DNA from: an uncultured Bdellovibrionales bacterium
GTDB taxonomy: Bacteria > Patescibacteriota > Minisyncoccia > Moranbacterales > UBA1568
Direction of reading: 5' to 3'
Assembly: GCA_964508015.1 (NCBI GenBank)
Contig: CAZDRG010000001.1
Span: forward strand, 1 to 48,292
DNA length: 48,292 nucleotides
Made by a program: the position numbers and the translations under genes. Below the pieces are notes generated by a model. It saw only the letters and a list, made by a program, of their open reading frames with translations. It had not been told where the DNA came from and did not search any database. Shown here one piece after another: positions 45,440-48,292 of the stretch; position 1 is the stretch's first letter; every line of letters begins with the position of its first letter.

Positions 45440-46558
45440 TCAAATTGTAACCTCACCTTCTAAAAGACTGTCTTCAATCCTCTTCCGCAGCTTATACCCA
45501 TTCCCGTGCCGCAGAAGACCGAGATAAGACTCAACCGTTTCCCGCTTACCCTCCTTCTCACGGATATTCCGAAAGGCTCTGTTTTTGGTAACAGTGCGCA
45601 ATACCCGATGGTCTGGAAAGTGCGTCCATCCGAGAAAGTCCACGCCAGAAGCCACCGTCTTGATGAACACCTTATCAGGATGGAGCTTGAGACCCAGACG
45701 AAATTCAAGAAAAGCGCTTATCTGCAAGAGAGTTGTTTTCAATTGTCCCTTATCATCGGAAAATATCACAAAGTCATCAGCGTAGCGGATATAGTATTTC
45801 GCCTTTGCCTGATGTTTCATAAATTGGTCAAACTCGTTCATATAGACGTTTACCAGAAGTTGAGAGGTGAGGTTGCCGAGTGGTAAGCCCTTGCCTCTCT
45901 CTGTATGAAAGCTCCCAATGATTTCTGAAAGGAGATTAAGAATATCTTGGTCAGGAATATGCTTTTTCAGGATACTAAGCAGAACATCCTGGTCAATGGA
46001 AGCAAAGAACTTCCTTACGTCGCATTTGAGCGCCCACACAGTCCGTGTGTGATTATGGGAAGCCTTGCGAGCAAAGCTACGGAAGCGGTCAAGAGCCTTA
46101 TGGATTCCTTTATCATTTCGGCAAGAGTAAGAATCGGCAATGAACAGTCGGTCAAAGAAAGGATAGAGAATGCGGTAAATGGCACGATGGACTACTCTGT
46201 CTCTCACTCGCGCTTTATGGATATTTCTGGGCTTGGGGTCGGAGATGCTAAATGCTTCGTAGCGGGAGTGGCAATAGGTTTTGGAAGCGAGTTCCCGATG
46301 GATTGCAAGAAGGTTATCTGCGAGATGAAGTTCAAACTCTTCCACGTCTTTGCGTTTGTGTTTCCCTCGGATAAACTCTTTCCACGCCTCAAGGAGATTT
46401 TCGGGAGAAATGATATGATGATAATTGTCCGATAATTTTACTTTTTCCTTATGCCTACTTTTAACACCCCCCCCCCGCAGGTCTTGCCTCTTTTGCAAAG
46501 GCTCAAGGCCGTTTATCAATTGTGGCACAGCACGGTTGCACATATTCCAAAACTTCAT
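45440..46558 (-). CDS. DGR reverse transcriptase
   Basis: 372 aa with RT motifs including PLGNLTSQLLVNVYM (the DGR-type [IL]GxxxSQ) and YIRYADDFVIF (YxDD). TR/VR pair adjacent. There is no in-frame ATG/GTG/TTG closer to the conserved N-terminus (IISPENLLEAW), so the start at 46558 or 46543 overlaps avd. Confidence 0.85.
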   Translation of the reverse strand: MKFWNMCNRAVPQLINGLEPLQKRQDLRGGGVKSRHKEKVKLSDNYHHIISPENLLEAWKEFIRGKHKRKDVEEFELHLADNLLAIHRELASKTYCHSRYEAFSISDPKPRNIHKARVRDRVVHRAIYRILYPFFDRLFIADSYSCRNDKGIHKALDRFRSFARKASHNHTRTVWALKCDVRKFFASIDQDVLLSILKKHIPDQDILNLLSEIIGSFHTERGKGLPLGNLTSQLLVNVYMNEFDQFMKHQAKAKYYIRYADDFVIFSDDKGQLKTTLLQISAFLEFRLGLKLHPDKVFIKTVASGVDFLGWTHFPDHRVLRTVTKNRAFRNIREKEGKRETVESYLGLLRHGNGYKLRKRIEDSLLEGEVTI

Positions 46559-46828
46559 CGTTACACATTTGGAGGGAAAATAGACAAGCTCTTTCTTGAG
46601 GTATTAGAAATTGTTTTCCGAGCACAATACGCCAAGCCAGCAGAGAAGCTTCAATACCTGATTGCGGGGAGCGGCAAAATTGACCTGCTCAAATTCTTTC
46701 TCCAAATAGGATGGGAGAGTAAGTTGATTGATAATAAAAAATACCTCGCACTTTCCACTGAACTCCAGGAAATCGGGCGGATGCTTGGTGGTTGGAAAAA
46801 AGGCTTAGAAACAAAACTCTCGCCCTAA
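46451..46828 (+). CDS. avd: Avd-like four-helix-bundle accessory protein
   Basis: 125 aa with LPLLQRLKAVYQLWH..PKLHRYTFGGKIDKLFLEVLEIV...KIDLLKFFLQIGWESKLIDNKKYLALSTELQEIGRMLGGW, the pattern of four-helix-bundle (23S rRNA IVS/Avd) proteins. Encoded on the strand opposite RT and TR. Confidence 0.75.
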   Translation: MPTFNTPPPQVLPLLQRLKAVYQLWHSTVAHIPKLHRYTFGGKIDKLFLEVLEIVFRAQYAKPAEKLQYLIAGSGKIDLLKFFLQIGWESKLIDNKKYLALSTELQEIGRMLGGWKKGLETKLSP

Positions 46829-46837
46829 AGACGAGAG
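46817..46837 (-). other. small hairpin 15 nt 3' of TR, spanning the avd stop
   Basis: ctctcg-N9-cgagag followed on the - strand by ttttgtttc. Confidence 0.3.
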
Positions 46838-46851
46838 AAACTTTACACGTG

Positions 46852-46967
46852 GCCTGGGCAGAGAACCTGGTTGTCAGCGTTCCAGTTGCCATTCTCGTCG
46901 AGCTTCCAGTCGTTGACGTTCCACTTGCGGTTGTCGGAGTTCCAGTTGACATTCACGGCGAAGACTT
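46852..46967 (-). repeat. DGR template repeat (TR)
   Basis: Ungapped 116-nt alignment to 47306..47421 (offset 454). In the target frame it encodes VFAVNVNWNSDNRKWNVNDWKLDENGNWNADNQVLCPG, with AAC/AAT codons at the variable sites. Confidence 0.85.
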
Positions 46968-47191
46968 TGTGCCTTGAACCATCCGTTCCACCACCCCTCG
47001 ACTACTCTTGGGGTTGTATCGTATGCGGGACATAGAAGTCCACCAGTTCAAGACACCAACGCATTATATTTTTTTGAAAATAAAACGACACGCTGACTGA
47101 AGACCCTTTCCGCAATCATTCTGGCACATTTCACTTCCAGTATCCTGACCTTTCAGCCGTAGCCGAAAGAAATTTCCAACATACCTTCTTC

Positions 47192-47200
47192 ATTATATCA
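47192..47200 (-). promoter_or_regulatory. extended -10 (TGaTATAAT), candidate TR-RNA promoter
   Basis: - strand tgatataat lies directly after the target-gene terminator, about 225 nt upstream of TR. Confidence 0.35.
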
Positions 47201-47245
47201 AAATAAAAAGACCCGAGGAATCTGCGATGCAGTTTCCAAGGGTCT
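47201..47245 (-). terminator. terminator / post-VR hairpin of the DGR target gene
   Basis: - strand agacccttggaaactgc-atc-gcagattcctcgggtct followed by tttttatttt, about 60 nt downstream of VR. Confidence 0.65.
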
Positions 47246-47290
47246 AAGAGACTAAGCGTCCAAGGGTCTTTTGCCCAATGGACTGAAGGG

Positions 47291-48010
47291 TCAGAGTGCC
47301 GCGTTGCCTGGACAGAGAACCTGGTTGCCAGCGTTCCAATTGCCATCCTCGTCGAGCTTCCAGTCGTAGACGCTCCACTCGCGGTTGCCGGAGAACCAGC
47401 GGACAAACACGGCGAAGACTTCACCGTTTTTGCCCTCGACGTAGAAGATGTTCGCGTAGCCGTTATTGAGCAGGAAACCCGACTTGCCGTTGGGCTGTGC
47501 TTCGATGAGGCCTGCGATGTCTTCCAGCGTGGACAGGTGGGTTTCCGGCAGTTCCTTGCGGATGTCCTTGTCGTAGGCGTTCGCTTTGAGGAGCGAGGCC
47601 ACATAGGGACGTTCGGGAGCCGAATCCACCGTCTGCCTGGCGCTCAAGTCGAGGCGGTCTGCGAACGTGTCGTAGACGTAGAGGCCGGTGCCGGTCTGGT
47701 AGAACTCTGCCGCATTGAAGGGCTTTGTCCTGGCCGGAACGGTTGACTTGCTGACAGGCTTGAGGAGCCTGGTTTCAGCGAGCACCGGGTAGCGCGAGCT
47801 CAACTGCTTGAGAGCGTTGATGGTTGCCCGTTCGATGGCAACCTTGAGCTCGTCGCCGCGCACGATGACCAACTGGGCACCGTCCTTGTCGAGAAAAGTC
47901 GCTTGAGCTACTGCCGTTTTGGCGGCGCTTTCAGCGGCATCCGCGACGAAACGCACGAGTTGCTTGTCCTGTCCTGGCGTAATTGCTGACGTGATTGACT
48001 GTGTCATCAT
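47291..48010 (-). CDS. DGR target (variable) protein, 239 aa
   Basis: ATGATG start with AAGGAG 5 nt upstream. VR occupies the C-terminal ~40 residues. No hydrophobic signal or TM segment seen. G+C-rich. Confidence 0.8.
   Translation of the reverse strand: MMTQSITSAITPGQDKQLVRFVADAAESAAKTAVAQATFLDKDGAQLVIVRGDELKVAIERATINALKQLSSRYPVLAETRLLKPVSKSTVPARTKPFNAAEFYQTGTGLYVYDTFADRLDLSARQTVDSAPERPYVASLLKANAYDKDIRKELPETHLSTLEDIAGLIEAQPNGKSGFLLNNGYANIFYVEGKNGEVFAVFVRWFSGNREWSVYDWKLDEDGNWNAGNQVLCPGNAAL
47306..47421 (-). repeat. DGR variable repeat (VR)
   Basis: Encodes VFAVFVRWFSGNREWSVYDWKLDEDGNWNAGNQVLCPG. It differs from TR at 14 positions, 12 of them TR adenines. Confidence 0.85.
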
Positions 48011-48084
48011 CGTCTCCTTTGTCAAAGAAAATCCCCTGGATGCCGGGAATCGAGGCAGTCGGAAGCTTTCACTTACAACCCATA

Positions 48085-48113
48085 ATTATACACCTTTTTA
48101 GGCTTGGTGTCAA
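48085..48113 (-). promoter_or_regulatory. promoter TTGACAcc-N17-TATAAT for the DGR target gene
   Basis: - strand reads ttgaca ccaagcctaaaaaggtg tataat. Confidence 0.6.
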
Positions 48114-48121
48114 TACAAAAA

Positions 48122-48141
48122 AGAGGCTCTACAAAGCCTCT
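48122..48141 (-). terminator. terminator hairpin (AGAGGCTT family) of the upstream partial gene
   Basis: - strand agaggctttgtagagcctct followed by tttttg, 8 nt before the -35. Confidence 0.6.
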
Positions 48142-48168
48142 GAAAAACCCATTTATGCTATTTTCGAT

Positions 48169-48198
48169 GATTTTACCCCACCCTGCCACTCACTATAT
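48169..48198 (-). repeat. direct repeat, right copy (perfect core 48178..48198)
   Basis: Identical 21-mer to 44094..44114. It covers IVSGRV-G-stop of the partial ORF. Confidence 0.75.
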
Positions 48199-48292
48199 CC
48201 AAGAGCTGATTCGGGTTAGCTTTCAGGTCAATGAGGATGAACTTGTCCAAAGCCCCTTTTTCAATCAAGACACTCTTCTCTCCTTCAAATTG
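48173..48292 (-). CDS. 3' end of a hypothetical gene (partial, runs off the window)
   Basis: Open frame ...QFEGEKSVLIEKGALDKFILIDLKANPNQLLDIVSGRVG-stop, followed by a terminator. Confidence 0.4.
   Translation of the reverse strand, partial: QFEGEKSVLIEKGALDKFILIDLKANPNQLLDIVSGRVG

Larger units (their letters stand above)
44086..48198 (-). mobile_element. putative DGR-Fic-HTH cassette bounded by ~30-bp direct repeats
   Basis: The direct repeats bracket promoter, target gene (VR), TR, avd, RT, Fic and HTH. No integrase or transposase is visible in the window. Confidence 0.4.

Noticed and set aside
45947-46435. 162-aa + strand ORF inside the RT gene
   Set aside because: It is antisense to a well-supported RT coding frame, with no Shine-Dalgarno sequence or recognisable motifs.
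45440-46558. The RT as a group II intron maturase or a retron RT
   Set aside because: The ORF is short (372 aa) with no maturase X/En extension. No intron-like domain V/VI or msr/msd-like inverted repeats were noticed. The adjacent adenine-specific TR/VR pair and the LGNLTSQ motif fit a DGR.
46689-46952. 87-aa ORF (MSTGTPTTASG...) and the related frame in 47131..47604
   Set aside because: These are out-of-frame readings of TR and of the VR-containing target gene. Their similarity simply mirrors the TR/VR repeat.

Overview
This 48.3-kb window looks like a reduced-genome, AT-leaning bacterium. Gene content and protein styles suggest Candidate Phyla Radiation/Patescibacteria (inference): short AlaRS and AspRS, a CxxC-x17-CxxC protein, a sunset-domain protein and an Avd-like four-helix-bundle protein. 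About 41 kb is a mostly minus-strand run of housekeeping genes: fmt, groES, alaS, ftsA, eno, pgk, mraY, scpAB, rpmA, tRNA-Val, lexA, lysS, greA, mrdA-mreDCB, aspS, a two-component pair and several membrane proteins. The right-hand 7 kb (41.4-48.3 kb) is an accessory island. Its centrepiece is a complete diversity-generating retroelement (DGR). It has a reverse transcriptase (45440..46558), an Avd-like gene on the opposite strand (46451..46828) and a template repeat (46852..46967). The variable repeat (47306..47421) forms the C-terminus of a G+C-rich 239-aa target protein. I count 12 of 14 TR/VR mismatches at TR adenines. The DGR-Fic-HTH block is bracketed by ~30-bp direct repeats. It sits next to an array of small G+C-rich orphan genes, each with its own near-consensus promoter, a conserved leader hairpin, its own terminator and a recurring 30-nt intergenic element. 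A fifth copy of that element lies 22 kb away beside tRNA-Val and a ~205-nt rod-like hairpin. No rRNA genes, CRISPR array or transposase were seen. All calls come from reading the sequence and ORF translations by eye; no searches were run.
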